A stretch of 64,000 nt of DNA, taken from contig OX597825.1 of the NCBI GenBank assembly GCA_951406725.2, forward strand, positions 63,550,001 to 63,614,000, written 5' to 3'. The DNA comes from Octopus vulgaris (taxonomy: Eukaryota). The notes under the pieces were generated by a model. The model was not told where the DNA came from. It did no database searches and was given only the letters and a program-made list of their open reading frames with translations. A program made the translations under genes and the position numbers. Each line of letters begins with the position of its first letter. Position 1 is the first letter of the stretch. Below, in pieces: positions 37,893-52,767 of the stretch.

Positions 37893-38390
37893 TTTACTTT
37901 TCAGTGTGTCAGTAGACATTCGGAAATGAAAACATTGTTGTAAGCATTAAGACATAATTTTATTGAAACTACGTTCCATGTTTCAACACACCAGGAGGTG
38001 TACTACTGAAGACAAACTTGCTTTTCTGTAGAAGCCAACGAAGGAACACCGTATGTTTGATAGATGAAACAGAAATTTGCAAATTTACGTTAGCGGTATT
38101 TCTTTACTTTCTGAGTTCCGCCGGGTTGGATATAATCGACTGGCCCCTTCCCCAAAATTTCGGGCCTTGTGCCTTGACTAGAAAAGAATTGTGGACGGAA
38201 TTAATAAAGTCTACCGCCGGTAACAACTCATTTATCTGAAAACTTTTATTTCTATTTTCTTCTGTATTTGAAAGAATAAATATTCTTTATATATCATAGA
38301 ATAATTCAGGCACCTGTGTAGGTTATTCAATAATTTTTCTGTTTGTTTGCGTTCACTGATGTCACGTTATGCATTTTGACTAACATATTA

Positions 38391-38797
38391 GGCGTAGGAG
38401 TGGCTGTGTGATAAGTAGCTTGTTTACCAACCACATGGTTCCGGGTTCAGTCCCACTGTGTGGCACCTTGGGCAAGTGTCTTCTACTATAGCCTCGGGCT
38501 GACCAAAGCCTTGTGAGTGGATTTGGTAGACGGAAACTGAAAGAAGCTCGTCGTATATATGTATATATATATATACGTGTGTTTGTTAATCTGTGTTTGT
38601 CCCCCTAGCATTGCTTGACAACCGATCCTGGTGTGTTTATGTCCCCGTTACTTAGCGTTTCGGCAAAAGAGACCGATAGAATAAGTACTGGGCTTACAAA
38701 AGAATAAATCCCGGGGTCGAGTTGCTCGATTAAAGGCGGTGCTCCAGCATTGACGCAGTCAAATGACTGAAACAAGTTAAAGAGAAAAGAGAGAAAG
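38391..38797 (+). mobile_element. SINE family C, full length
   Basis: Same head, core and tail as 28048-28447; tail ggcggtgctccagcattgacgcagtcaaatgactgaaacaag. Confidence 0.9.
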
Positions 38798-39246
38798 ACA
38801 ATATTACTTGCGTATCTCAAATGATTTTCAAACATTTCTCTTACGCACCTGCATGTATGTACGTTTGGGCAGTTGAATATATGATTATTTGTGTATGTAT
38901 TTTTATTAGTTATGAATGCTGAGTTCCGGCTTCTGAATTCTCTTAAAGTGACAATGGCTAACATGGAACAAAACAAGTATCTGTTTCAATGGTGCATAGT
39001 ATTTTCGGATATTCCATCATGTATTCAGGCAATATTTGCAATTAGACATGTCTCTAATTTATTCATTTATGAACAGCAGCAATAATTTTAATATATTTAC
39101 TAGCAGCAAAATGGTTCTCTGTTCTGTAGAATATTTAATTTGAAAATGATTAATGCAATGAAATTAGAAAGAATCCCTTAAAAATCATTTCCTCTGTGAA
39201 ATACATTTATTGATGTTCGCTTTAATTATTTATCTTTCTTTACAGC

Positions 39247-39299
<53 letters not shown>

Positions 39300-40629
39300 G
39301 TGTTTGTGTGTGTATGTATGTATATATATATATATATATATAGATATATATATTAAAGCATTTAACACTTCCTCCTACATTATTGATGCACAACAGCTGT
39401 GAGCTCATTGGCTTCCACTGCGGAATTCATAGTTATCTGATGAAATCATGGAATGAGTTGCGTTTGGAAATAAGGCGAACAACACTAATTGTATCACCCA
39501 GATTGACTGATTAACCGACTTCAATCTGATAAAAAAAATTTTCCGTTTAGGCAGAGAGAGAATCGTTGTCAAAGGGCATTTTGGTATGAAATAGTGGGCT
39601 GAAGCATAAATGCCTACCCACTATGTTAAACATTACGATGAACGTAACGTAACTACGTAAAAGAAACTGCATGATATTCAAATAATATTTGCAAGGGTTT
39701 TTAGTTATATTACTGAACACGGTCTATATAATTTGTTGCTCAGGATGTGAAATAAATCAGTACAATATTAACAGGCCGATATTATTTGTCAGTGATTAAT
39801 TTACTGCTCTTAATTGTCAAAATTAATATTCATGCTTGATATATGGATAGAATTTCACAAACAATAACTTTAGATAAATTATACGATAATTAATAATTAC
39901 GAGAAATTTTTAATGTTTTACTCTTTCGACATCTTAAAAAAATTAATTAGACCAGAAGTATTTACGTCTGCACGATCATATAAATAACAATTCAGCATAG
40001 TTTCCTTCTCTTCTGCTGAATGCCATATAATGATTTAGAGTTTCAATAATTTGATAATTTGTGCTCTTTTATTACTTTCGAATCGACGAAAGGTCACTAT
40101 ATTGATCAACTGATTTTAATATGAGAAGTTGTGTATGTGATAAAGGTATTCATCTTTTTCCATCTCGCTGTATGCTAACATTTACTTGAATTTATGCGTC
40201 TTATACTTATGTTTTGTTTAAGATTTAAAAATTAGCAAATGTAAATAATATTATATGTTGCGTGGAGGTGAGAATATTGATGTCGCATGCAAAATATATC
40301 CTTCTACAAAGAGTGGTAAATATAAATTAAGAAACACTGTGTCTGGTTTATATCTACCTTAAAAATAAAAATAAAATCATTTCTATTTCTCTCGACTGAA
40401 GAGATTTTTGCGAATCCTCTTCACAACAGTAAGAGGAAGTATTTAAAGTTCAGAACTATACTGACGTAGATTACCATTGCATCTCTCAGATTGTAATATT
40501 TTTAATGACGTTTAGATATTGCTACGTGGAAATTTCTCACTAACTATTCTTGTTTCACATTTAACATCTTCTACAGGTCTGTTGGTGATTTTATCCCAAT
40601 TCACTACTTATACATTTAATATCTCATTA

Positions 40630-41453
40630 TACAGGATGTCTGGATTAAAAATGATGCATTTTTATATCTGTTTTACCAGGATTACCTTAATGATGAACAG
40701 TCAACGATGTTGGGAAACCTAAATATTAAAGTAGTTGTTGAGAAAAAGTTAGCTGACATGGAGAACGGGTAGCCACTCGAAAGTTGGCGGAGAGTTATTT
40801 GTATCTTGGAGATTTGTGCCAGCTGTCAAATGCTGACTTCATGACAGCGGCTCAGTGAACTATGAATATTGTAAATACTTTGGGAGGTGGCGTGGACAGA
40901 TGTGATGCAGACTATGAGGTTGTGACCAGCAGGACACAGCAGACATTCTATCTGAGTCCGCACACAAGATTTCATTCAATAGCTAATAAACAGTGCCTTA
41001 GGCTCAACTCACACGGCTATATGAAGCTGCTGGAGACTATGGTTCCTGGTTGGGGAGTGTGGTTGCTGATAGAATGTGGCAGGAAGAATCAAGAATGGGT
41101 GTCGGTGAATTTCTACTTCGCCCCACGTATTTCATTCCTCCAAATTCCACCGATTTTAATACCATGGATTAATGTCTGTGGAGTATGGATGGAAAAGACA
41201 ATAATCGCTTTACCAGCAGCACCAATGCCTACGTCAAGGAGCTTTCAAATATCTTCTCAGCAACACAGTGAGGTACGCATGCGTTAGGCTTCGGAACTCT
41301 CTGAGACCGCGTTAAAACCTGAGTAAATTGTTATCTCATCCATAATGTCGTTGATATATATTTTTGTATTAAATAATTTTATTTTTAGATGGGATATTGT
41401 GTTTCGTTTTCCGTTTAGGTAAACTCTCAAATTTAACCAGAACACACTGCATA
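40630..41453 (+). mobile_element. Decayed, internally deleted Tc1/mariner-superfamily (maT/DD37D-like) transposon
   Basis: LRLNSHGYMKLLETMV, KNQEWVSVNFY and, after a frameshift, PPNSTDFNTMD*CLW (WPPNSPDxNPxDY motif); degenerate TIRs tacaggatgtctggattaaa / tttaaccagaacacactgcata. Confidence 0.55.
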
Positions 41454-41707
41454 CAAAAAGTTTCACGTTACGCTCATGAATGCCCATATATTTTGGTACT
41501 TAACGATTTATCGAAACAGAATTTCCTTATAACGCACTATGAAAACTTTGAAAGTATTAATTGAAGAGTTTATTTCTTGTATGTTTGTTATACAAAAACA
41601 GTTATACAGATTTCTGTGCAAATTACTCTTGATGGAAGTCAATATGTTGACATATTATCTTACATACTGCTCGAGCTGAAACAGAACTATAGATACATAC
41701 CGGCAGT

Positions 41708-41851
41708 CCTCCTCCTCCTCCTCCTCCTCCTCCTCCTCCTCCTCTACATTCTACTTCCTCTTCATCTTCTTGTTCTTGTTCTTGTTCTTCTTATTTTTCT
41801 TGTTCTTCTTCTTCTTTATTTCATTATTATTATTATTAATATTATTATTAA

Positions 41852-41896
<45 letters not shown>

Positions 41897-41962
41897 TATT
41901 ATAATAATAATAATAATAATAATAATATTAATAATAATAATAATAATGATAATATTATTACT
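41708..41962. repeat. Compound (CCT)n/(CTT)n/(ATT)n/(AAT)n microsatellite
   Basis: Direct inspection. Confidence 0.9.
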
Positions 41963-41980
41963 GTATGATTATTTCTTGAG

Positions 41981-42110
41981 GGCGGCGAGCTGGCACAATC
42001 ATTAGCATGCTGGAGACAAGTCTTAGAGGCATCTTTTTTCCGGATTTACGTTCGGAGTTAAAAAACTACCAATACCGACTTTGCCTTTTGTCCTTTCAGG
42101 GTCAATGAAT
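41981..42110 (+). mobile_element. Degenerate SINE family A 5' part
   Basis: ggcggcgagctggcacaatcattagcatgc...gactttgccttttgtcctttcagggtcaat. Confidence 0.65.
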
Positions 42111-42831
42111 TTCTGCTGTTGTTGATGTCATAGCCCGAACATTTCCTTGTAAAATTTCCGGCATTGGAAGCCCGATTTCTCCCGCAAACATTGCATATGA
42201 TATCAACAGCAGCAGCAAAAGCAAGATATCAAATCCAAAATATCTATTTCAGCACACAAAGCAATAATATCTAAACTGGTGCACATGTTAGTTGTTGCGA
42301 TATGTTTTTGTTAGAAAATAAGGTAAACTTGAGGATGCATGAATTTTTGCCCTAATAACCTAGGGTATAATAGAAAAGCATTTTCCAGAGTCAACATATA
42401 TATTTTATACACATTGTTGCAATATTCTTAATCGCTGCATTTTAAATTTTTTGTTGTTTGTAGGATTGGCCATTTGCTAAAAAAAGAAACACAAAACCAA
42501 ACGCTATAACTAATATTAGCTTGGTTGTAGAGGATAGTCAGCTTCTTGTTATTGTCGTTGTTTACTTTCAGTTATCAGAATTGATAAGATGAGGAAGATG
42601 ATCATAAAAAAAGGAATAGGATAATAACCAAAGTTTGTTCTTATCTTGGGTAGATCTAGGTAGGTAATGCTGAATCATTATATTGGAGAAAAAGTATCCA
42701 ATAAAAATTTCTGAAAAAAACAAAATCATCTGGTACTGAAGTATATATTTTAATATTAATCTAACCAGAACTATAAAAACAAATCATGCATAATTTCTCG
42801 AACACACAATAACTCTATCCATTTTATACTT

Positions 42832-42908
<77 letters not shown>

Positions 42909-43160
42909 TATGTGTGTGTGTGTGTATATATATATAAATATATATATATGAATACGTATATATATATTTTATATCGTATGATTATAGATATTCATACATA
43001 TACACACTAATATAAATACACAAAAACGCTCACGTACGCATAAGCATCAACACACACCACACGCACACATATACATAACATGAGTTAGATATGGGAGAGA
43101 TTTGATTTCCCTATGACACAAATAGTTTTCTTTCCAATCGATATACTCCGATTACATAAA

Positions 43161-43231
<71 letters not shown>

Positions 43232-43349
43232 GGCGACATATATACATATATAAAGCTATATACACTTCTCTCTCCCTGCGTTATATTTATATAATATATG
43301 TATATATAATATATAAATATATATGTATGTAATCTATAAAATTATTTTT

Positions 43350-43790
43350 CTTTCAGTCTTTCATTCTTTAATTCATTTCAACTATGAAGCCACGGTCATG
43401 CTGGAGCACCTCCACAGTTTACACCGTTACCTCTGATTATCCTTCAGCTGATTTTCTCAGTCTGGGTGGGGATTCAAAATCCCCATCCTGTATGTGCTTT
43501 TATCACAGCTGTTGGTCCCTTTGGTATATGAAGGAGTCTGATTTTGCTGCTCTCGTTTGTAGCTCGAGCAAGGCCGTCGGCTCATCCGATATTGTGGAGA
43601 AGAGAATACTTCGCCGTCCACAATATGTCGAATTCTTAATTCGTGTGGCAGGGCATTGAAGAGCTGTTGGCCTTTGAAATGTAGGCTGTGGCAGTACCTT
43701 GTCCTGAATTTAGATGGATGGTGCATTTGGAACAATACAATGACGTCCAGTTCCGGCATTTGTATAAGATTCAATGTGGAAATTATGTAC
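43350..43790 (-). mobile_element. Decayed CR1/L2-group LINE 3' end, related to 19680-20056
   Basis: PSKFRTRYCHSLHFKGQQLFNALP and, in a shifted frame, SDEPT..RAAKSDS; tail ggaggtgctccagcatgaccgtgg. Confidence 0.72.
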
Positions 43791-44064
43791 TAACCCTTCT
43801 AGAGTTTTCCATTATACATTATATATATATACATATTGTATATGTCTATATATCTATGTATGTATGTTACATATATAACTGTGTAATGCAGGAAGGATAA
43901 ACAGAGTGGGCGAACAGAATACTGAAATACTGAGTGAATAAACGTGATACTGGTATACGGACCCAAGAAGAAATAGATAAATGAAATATATATATATATA
44001 TATATATATATGTTTGAGTGTGTGTGTTTATATATACACGCATGGACAGATTGGTAATTATATA

Positions 44065-44525
44065 AATACGGAGAAAACGCCCCCCGTCCAATGGACGGTG
44101 CTGAGTTGTCAGACATTTAAAGCGAATTTTCTCAAAACTACTTGTCCGATTGTCCCATAGGCCTCTCCTTTGAGGAACACTGATTTAACCGAAATTTGAG
44201 CAAAAGAAGAAATAAAGATAGACTTTTTTCTATTCCAAAGAAAAACGATTTCAATCACGCAAATATGCAACCGAAGAGTTTAAAGTATCAGTAAGTACAT
44301 CACCACAGCTTATGTACTTGCGCATACAAATGCACGTTCCCACGGCTTTATCGATCGCATTCTCACCTGGAATCGATTTTTGCACTTTTTTCAAGACTTA
44401 CACACGCCTTGATACCGTCGGTATCTACATATCAAATTTGAGCGCAATGAGATGGCGGATGCCCGAGATCCTAGAAAACACACACACAGACACAGACAGA
44501 CAGAACGGATTTTATATAATAGATG
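44065..44525 (+). mobile_element. Probable non-autonomous Helitron-like element
   Basis: 3' part atcaaatttgagcgcaatgagatggcggatgcccgagatcctag-(CA)n/(CAGA)n-gattttatataatagat has the architecture of metazoan non-autonomous Helitron-type repeats; 5' boundary uncertain. Confidence 0.4.
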
Positions 44526-45559
44526 TAAGTATATGTATATATGTGTGTGTACTTGAGTGCATGTTTTTGTTTGCGTAATATGTGTTTGTACTATGATACG
44601 GTACAATCCTCATTCATTGTGACTTTACCTTTCTCTAATATGTTGTGCGAAGAATACTCTGGACGAAAAATTCAACTGGTCTCGAGAATATACGTGGGAC
44701 ATAGACTTTTAATCCTCAAACAATCAGCTTTTGCATTTTGAGTTAAGGAAAAATAAATAATTTCTCGTTAGAGACACATACCTATAAACACAGAGATGTG
44801 TACATACATACTTATATACAAAAATAACTGTGTGTGTGTGTATTTATATTTGTGCGTGTCAGTGTGTGGGTACATAAATATATACACAGAAATCACTCCA
44901 TAGATACGCACACACACATATATATAGAAAGAGAGAGAGAGTGATGGGGATATGACAGAGGTAAACAGGTAGACAGAGAGAAGGTGTTAATATATCGTAA
45001 GGGTAGGGCTGGTAACATAAAGAAAATTGAATGTTTTATACAATGATTAAGAGTGCAGGATGATGACAGGTGACAATAACATGATCTATACGAAAATTTG
45101 ATGGGCAGTAAAGTAGTTGATTATAAATGGTACTAATGAAAGCTTCTTATAAAATGTACCTAATTTTACGTTAAATCTGAAGAGAAAAACCGATGAGCCG
45201 TGATTCATACTGATAAACAGTTAACAATAGACCTGATCAACCATATGGAAATGACTATGCTTTTATAAGAATTCGAATGAATGAATAAATTGCTTTGAAA
45301 CAGAAGTTTATGAGGAGTCTATTTCCAGATTAAATGCGCCGAGAAAATAATTGAGTAGCGTGTTATTCTTCATAGCAATCAGCTTATTACTGATCCTTTT
45401 ATGTCAGATGGCCGTATGGTATACCATGTGTTTAATATGATACTAATGAGAATATTTTTCAGATTTTTAAGACTATGCTAATATATGCGTGACTTAAAAG
45501 TTGTTAGTCTTGAAACCCTGGGTTACTGCACAACCTGGTCCTGAATTTATATGGAGTTT

Positions 45560-45780
45560 ATGGTACCTTCGGTACAATACAATGGCGTCCATTTCTTGCA
45601 TTTGTATAATATTCAGTGCCAAGCTACACCTGCGTATCTGGATATAAATGGAATGGCATGCTGCTTTATCTATGGATGAGCTCTAAGAACCATCCAGTTC
45701 AAACCACAATTTGACTGGTTGATTTTGATGAGTTCGATCAGTAACGTAGAATACGTCTAGGTTTGCGTGTTATAGCAAAT
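45560..45780 (-). pseudogene. Very old hAT-like transposase remnant (TTF zinc-finger-like region), copy 1
   Basis: ~130 bp diverged match to 48833-48955; minus strand reads NW..S*SSSIDKAACH with a frameshift. Confidence 0.3.
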
Positions 45781-46925
45781 TAATGATATTTATATTTGCG
45801 GTGATAGATATTTTCTGGTTGATAATTTTGAAGATATTAATGTGGTGGATTTCACATGCAAATATATTTGTACTTTGTGGTGTATAAAGTCACCCAATCA
45901 CGTGTCTACTGCATAAACCAATGTCTATTGTTCCATTTGGTAATCAATTAAGTAGAAACCAACATCGCATGCTTTTACACTGTCAGACAGTTCCGCATTA
46001 ACATTATATGAGATCGTTGTTTCAAGAGATAGTAGTTGAATTTCCATCATTATGTTGACAATTTTCATTAGTTGTTTTCAACTTTCTGAATATTCTTTAT
46101 TCCCCGAGGTGATTTCAATTTTTTGTTGAACCCAGTAATTTTATCTTTGGAATCTACTGCATTCAGTTGTCTCACATTGCTTATTTTCATATTTCTACAT
46201 GAAAGGGAGTGGATAAAGTAGCCTTGCTACAGTTTAGCTGTCACCATACCTATATAACATCTACGCCCACGGTTAGGGTTCTGTCGTGTGGAGGTGAATT
46301 TTGCTTTACATAAAATACATTAATTATGCATAACAATAACATATAAGCGTTTGCATTCTACATGTACAGTTTCTTTCTGTTATTAGATTTGTTTTGGGTG
46401 TTATTCAGATGTTTATATAAGTAATACAACTACAACTCGTTTAAGATTGTTTTGTACGGAATATATTTCTGCAGTGCTTGTTGATTTGTTTGACGATATT
46501 AAAGCGAGGAAGTTTTAGCAATATGTAATTTAAACTTAGGAAAAATGAGATGGGAATAAAATAATTCAGTAGCCTCTCTTTTTCTCATTGAATATCAAGT
46601 GATTGAGCTGATATGTAAACATACTTTTCGGTCCATAACCTGCTCTTGTTTTATTGCAGTAGGTTTTAGATTACTTTATTCAATGCCAAGTTTTATATTC
46701 TACTGATAATATTTATCAAATTCTCAAAACTATGTCAATTTATCAGATTTTTAAAACTATGTTAATATATGAGAAATTTTCGTATATAGTCAGTTCTGTA
46801 GTTGAGTCGATAATAACAAATTAATGACACTTATATTAGCGTAAGCAGTTATTTCGTGGCTGGTAATTTCGAACATATTAATATGGTGCTTTTATATGCA
46901 ACTATCTCTTCCCATCGTGGTGTAT

Positions 46926-47019
<94 letters not shown>

Positions 47020-47369
47020 TCAACCAATTACGAGTGTATAAGCCAATATTCATTGTCACATTTTGTAATCACTTATGTAAAACCAAATAGATTGTATTCA
47101 TTTACACTGTCAAAATTTTCATATTACGTCGAATGAGATCGCGGAATAATTTATTTTTAACCAAGGCAGAATGATTATCGACAAGTAGTAACTTTCAAGC
47201 ACATATGATGATATATCAATCTCAAAAGTTCTGGGCAGCTGAAGTGTAGACGTTTCGAAACAAAGAAGCAAAGTTTTGACAGTAGGATAGGAGCTATGTT
47301 TCTGATAACGTCATTTTTATCAGAAGAATGCAAGTTATAAAGTATTATTTCAACTGTTATATATATTCC

Positions 47370-47653
47370 GGAGGCGCAGTGGCCTAGTGGTTAGGGCAGC
47401 GGACTCGCGGTCGCAGGAGTGTTTTTTGTTGTGAGTGTTTATTGAGCGAAAACACCTAAAAGCTCCACGAGGCTCCGGCAGGGGGTGGTGATCCCTGCTG
47501 TACTCTTTCACCACTCTTTCTCCCACTTTCTTCTGTTAGCCTGCTCGCTTAGCCAGCGGGGTGGCGTCATTCGAAGGCTAAAACAATGAGAACGCATTGT
47601 GACCAGCGATGTGTAACAACATCTGATGGTCTGGTCGGTCACGTGATCACGTG
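47370..47653 (+). mobile_element. SINE family B variant (same head, different 3' half), 11-bp TSD
   Basis: Head ggaggcgcagtggcctagtggttagggcagcggactcgcggtc and cacctaaaagctccacgagg..ccggcagggg shared with 3490-3854; TSD atatatattcc 47359-47369 / 47654-47664. Confidence 0.87.
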
Positions 47654-48061
47654 ATATATATTCCACTCTTTACTTATCGTTTCATAATTTTATTCGTGGA
47701 AACAGATATACCGGCCATATATGGAGCGAGAGTGGGAGAGACAGGGAGCGAGAGGAAAGAGAATGATATACATATATGACAAAAATTATACATTTCTTCA
47801 CCCATACGTACATAAATGCACACGCTGTTAAATACAGAAAAATACGCTCACGGGCACATTCATCTACATACACATACAATACAAATAAGTTAAAATATAG
47901 ATGATAGGAATTCAAATTCGTTACAGGTTTTCTATGAAATGATCATTAAAGTTGTCAGTCAGTGGCCCCTCTGTATTTAACAAGCGTTTGGGTTATAAAT
48001 ATTTATCTTCTGTTTTTTTTTTATACAAACAAATGCACATTTACAAACACATATGTATATA

Positions 48062-48119
<58 letters not shown>

Positions 48120-48126
48120 TATAAAT

Positions 48127-48370
48127 GCGCCCTTTTAAAGCCTAGCCAGGTTCATGGGCCCGGTTTCTCGGTTTCAATGGCGCACGTGTTCCCCAGCTGG
48201 ACAGGATGCCAGTCCATCGTAGCGTTACTCATTTTTGCCAGTTGAGTAGACTAGAGCAATGTGAAATGAAGTGTTTTGCTCAAGAAAACAACGCGTCGCC
48301 CGGTCCAGAAATCGAAACCACAATCTTACGATCATGATGCTGACACCCTAACCACCAAGCCACGCACCTC
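48127..48370 (-). mobile_element. tRNA-derived SINE family D
   Basis: Minus strand: ggaggtgcgtggcttggtggttagggtg...ggtttcgatttc (A/B boxes), CORE-like cttgagcaaaacacttcatttcacattgctc, then gatggactggcatcctgtccag. Confidence 0.8.
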
Positions 48371-48479
48371 CCCCTACATATAATTTCTAAATCCTTATAT
48401 TAAAGCGTTGTATCAAACACCTTAACGATTTTGCTACTTTAGAATCTAACACGTTTTGGTTGTTTACTTATTCTATTTT

Positions 48480-48960
48480 GTTTGCATCACTTTTGAATCA
48501 TTAGATTCTTTGTTATGTTCAATCTACGTGTAATATGTCAGCAGTTTTATTGTGCTGTGTGTACGAGCAGCATCTAATTTTCAATGCTGATTTAAGAGAC
48601 TGAAGAGATTCTTACATTAAAGCTTAAATGTGTCACCGATCACTTAGCGTACAACATGTGACGGAAGTGACATTGTAAGCTTCACTGATGGTTATAAAAT
48701 TTAGGAATAAGTATTAGCAAAATTATATGTACGAAGCTCTTTTAAGTGTATATATTAGGTTACTCTTGTTTTAGCTAAATACACGTATATACTGTGGCAG
48801 CAGCCATGCTATCCGTGCATATCTGAATACACATGGCATGCTGCTTTATTGAGGGATGGGTCATAAGAAATAATCCAGTTCAAAATAGAATTTGGTTGGC
48901 TGATTATGATATCTACGATCTGTTATATAAATTCGGTTTATGTTTGCGTGTTCGGTTAAC
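48480..48960 (-). pseudogene. Very old, deleted hAT-like transposase remnant, copy 2
   Basis: Minus strand NWIISYDPSLNKAACH, then Y..IL..SVKLTMSLP (resembles the start of the hAT dimerisation domain); many stops. Confidence 0.3.
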
Positions 48961-50489
48961 GTTCATCTCCATCCTGCAAATGTTGAAACATGATGCGTTA
49001 TTCTTAAATCAATCTGTGAGAGATTGCTCAGATTATAACTTCGTGTTTCTCCCCCTCCTTCCTATGGCATCAAGATAAACAACATTTTTGGGATTTGCTT
49101 TTGTCAGTTATGCATTGAAAGAAAAGACATTAAATTACTCGCTTCTGAAAAAAATAAAAATGAATCAACAGAACAAATCATGAATAGAAACTAGTTTGGT
49201 CAAGGGATGGTCAGTAATTCAATTGTTTGTGATAGATATAATCAACTCTATATACAAATTTCTATTCACAAGATAAATAAGTATTCATGTTTGTCGTTGG
49301 TTTGATTTACCCAAATTTCATATGATTGGGAACAATGCCTTCAACGCATTCATTATTTCCACTTCTCAATTTTGTATAACGAAGATAAATCTATTTCTCT
49401 TATTATACCACCATCGAATGGTAGCGAAAACCATCTCCAAAAACAATCTTTGCTCTAAAGAAGAAAATATATGAAACAGAATTATGGAAACACAACAGAG
49501 TCTATATTGTTTAGAAAGTTGAATTGAAGCTTAAATATCCACAAACATGTTATGCTTGATTTCAGTAAGAGAGAAAAAAAAATCGCAGAAGAAAAGAAAC
49601 TCTAGGGAAACTGATCAAAACCTAAAATAGAAAAAAAAAGAGGTTATATTCTTATTGCCAATAAATTTTAAGTAACTTTGATCTTTTATCCGAAATGTCT
49701 TTCTCTTTAGGGACCTTTCGACTCAGTAATATTTGAATTATTGTACAAGATATTTCTGATCATTCGCTTTCTTTTCTTCTCGAGTGTAAAAAAACTAAAA
49801 TAAAAAAATCACAACCATTTCATTTAACCAAGATGAATGTAATCTTCAGGGAAAAAATGAAAACAAATTTTTCTTATATATAACTTTTTAAAGTGGATGA
49901 ACATTATAGTGGTATAAAGACGAGAAAAACTGATAATTATAATAATTTTTTCTTTATTTGGCATAATGGCAACATAAATAATAATATGTATAAGATAAAA
50001 AAGAAACTAAAATTATATTGCAATATTTGTTGAAGCATTCATAAAATATTATCTCAAGAACAAAAATTATTTTTTATTAAGCTGTAGGAAATCTTGCTGA
50101 TGAGTAGATGTCAAAGTGTCGACGCATCTATCAGACGATCTTTCATCAATCTGTCTGTTTGTTCAGATTCCTATATTCATTCTAGTTCTTTCCTTTTTAT
50201 TTCTTATAAGCAAATATGTATATAAACACAGGCCGCCTTCCCCCTTACACACACACACATGTATAGGCGAGTGTCTTTGTGCCTGTATCGGTTACTAGAC
50301 AAAAAGGGTACTCAATACCTTAGTAGAGATTATTTTGATCGAGTCAATATCTAGCTACTCGGTGTTTTATCTATTAGAGCACAGTTTTTCTGGCAAGTTA
50401 TACTTTAGATAAATACATTTCACAACACGAATATATGCGTACAATTATGTGTGTGTATGTGCGTGTGTGCGTATGTATGTATGTTTATT

Positions 50490-50520
<31 letters not shown>

Positions 50521-50681
50521 GCATCTAGCTGTCTATATATGTTTGTATATCTACCTATCTATCTGTATATATATATATATTCAACAATATAAGGAATGGC
50601 CCTAATAGGCCATTCGACTCACTAGAAAGGGCAGCCAAACTCAAACCGCTAAATAGTTGTAATTCTGAAATTGAAAGAGAA

Positions 50682-50746
<65 letters not shown>

Positions 50747-50888
50747 GATTTAAGAGATAGAACCTCCATAAAGTAAGTAAATTAATACTGAATGATATAT
50801 TAATTTAAATATATTATTATTAACGTTGTACTAACAATTTCTACACATTAAAACGATATATATATATACATATATATATATATATGTA

Positions 50889-50927
<39 letters not shown>

Positions 50928-51247
50928 ACGTGTGTGTATGTGTGTGTGTGTGTCCGTATGTGTGTGTTTATGTATGTATATACGCGAACACTTATGACGG
51001 GTATATTTTAGTTTCCGTCTAACTAGTCTATTCGCAAAGCGTTGGTCTACTTCGCACGATAGTTCAAAATAGAACTGAACAGGGAACACAGCTATTCCTG
51101 TGCCTACAAACACAGACACAGGCACAAACACACACACACACACAAAGACACATATACACGCTCGCGAACACACGTGCACACTCACGCCTACACACACACT
51201 TATATGTATGTACGTACGTATACAAATGTAAACATGCATATGCGTGT

Positions 51248-51302
<55 letters not shown>

Positions 51303-51909
51303 AAGAGAGAATGAGAAAGAGAATTTAGGTATATATGTGTCTTTATGAAAGATAGAGACGGAAATAGTTTGATATGGAAAAGGAGAGAAATTCTGTGTCA
51401 ACAAGCACACCTAATATAGCCTGAATTCAGCAGTTGTGTAAACAGGAGTATGAGGCATGAAATATTGTGTTTGAATCCATAGAAAAGGTACTTTGATTAA
51501 TAAATGTCCAGGAATAAAGGGTATAGTGTTGTAAATTTATAGAACAGCATTTCTACTCTATATCTCACAAAAGGGAGCGAACTCTGCCGGAGATGCATAA
51601 TAATTGGAGAATAAAGATAAAGAGACGTATAAATTTTATCACCTTCCAGTTTTACTGGGGAAGGTGTAAAAATATCCATTAATATTTGATGGTAATATAC
51701 GGATAATTTTGCAGCACAGAAATATTAATAAATCATACATGACAAATAAATAGAATAATATTAAATAATTGAAAACAATCTACACTCGAAAAGATTGATA
51801 TTCTATAATATAGAATCTATAACACATTTGCTAAAACGATTTCCATTTCCTTTCATCTTAGATGTCTTCAGTCTTATTAGACTTATTATTATTATTATTA
51901 TTATTATTA

Positions 51910-51986
<77 letters not shown>

Positions 51987-52384
51987 TGTAGTAGTAGTAG
52001 TATAGTTTTGTTGTTGTTGTTGTTATCATAATTGCTGTGTTGTTAATACTATCATAATCATCATCATTATTATTCATATTTTTGTATCGTATCATAATAA
52101 CCTCTTTCATTCATGTAATTCCGCTTACGTTTGTTTACAGATGTTCAAAATTATTTAATAGTTTCTTGTTTCGAAATATAAATCTAGGATGCGATGATTG
52201 TGTTGAACACAATGTTGTCGTAAACGGGAGAATTTATTCTCCTAAGACATACACTACAACCTCTAGCATATTTTGCATTTAAATCTCCCAATAACATTTA
52301 AGAATAAATATGCTAACACTCATTTCAGATCTCACTGTAGACAGTGCAAATAACGGTTATTATAATGAATTTTTAGGAAACGTA

Positions 52385-52625
52385 TTTTACTCGTTTCACT
52401 CATTTGTCTGCGGCCTTGCTGGAGCAACGGGCTTTAGTCGAAGAACTGGACCCAAGAATTATTGTATGTAAAGCTAGTGTATATTCTATCGGAATTTTTT
52501 GCCGATCTGATAGATTACGGGGACATAAACACATCAGCAACGGTTTTCAAGCGATAGCGGGGGGGACAAACACATATACTTGCGCACATAGATGTAAATG
52601 CACACACACTCATATATATAGGCGA
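52385..52625 (-). mobile_element. Degenerate 3' half of SINE family C
   Basis: ttttactcgtttcactcatttgtctgcggccttgctggagca...attctatcgg...ttacggggacataaacacatcagca. Confidence 0.7.
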
Positions 52626-52767
52626 GTTTAATTAGAGGTTATAAAAACCGTCTAAAGGATATTTGTAGCCAATAAATTACTGGTGTATTACCTACATGTG
52701 ACTATGATTATTAGTATTAATGCTCGTAAATGATAAGTAAGGAAAGCAATAAACCGAAGTTTATCTA

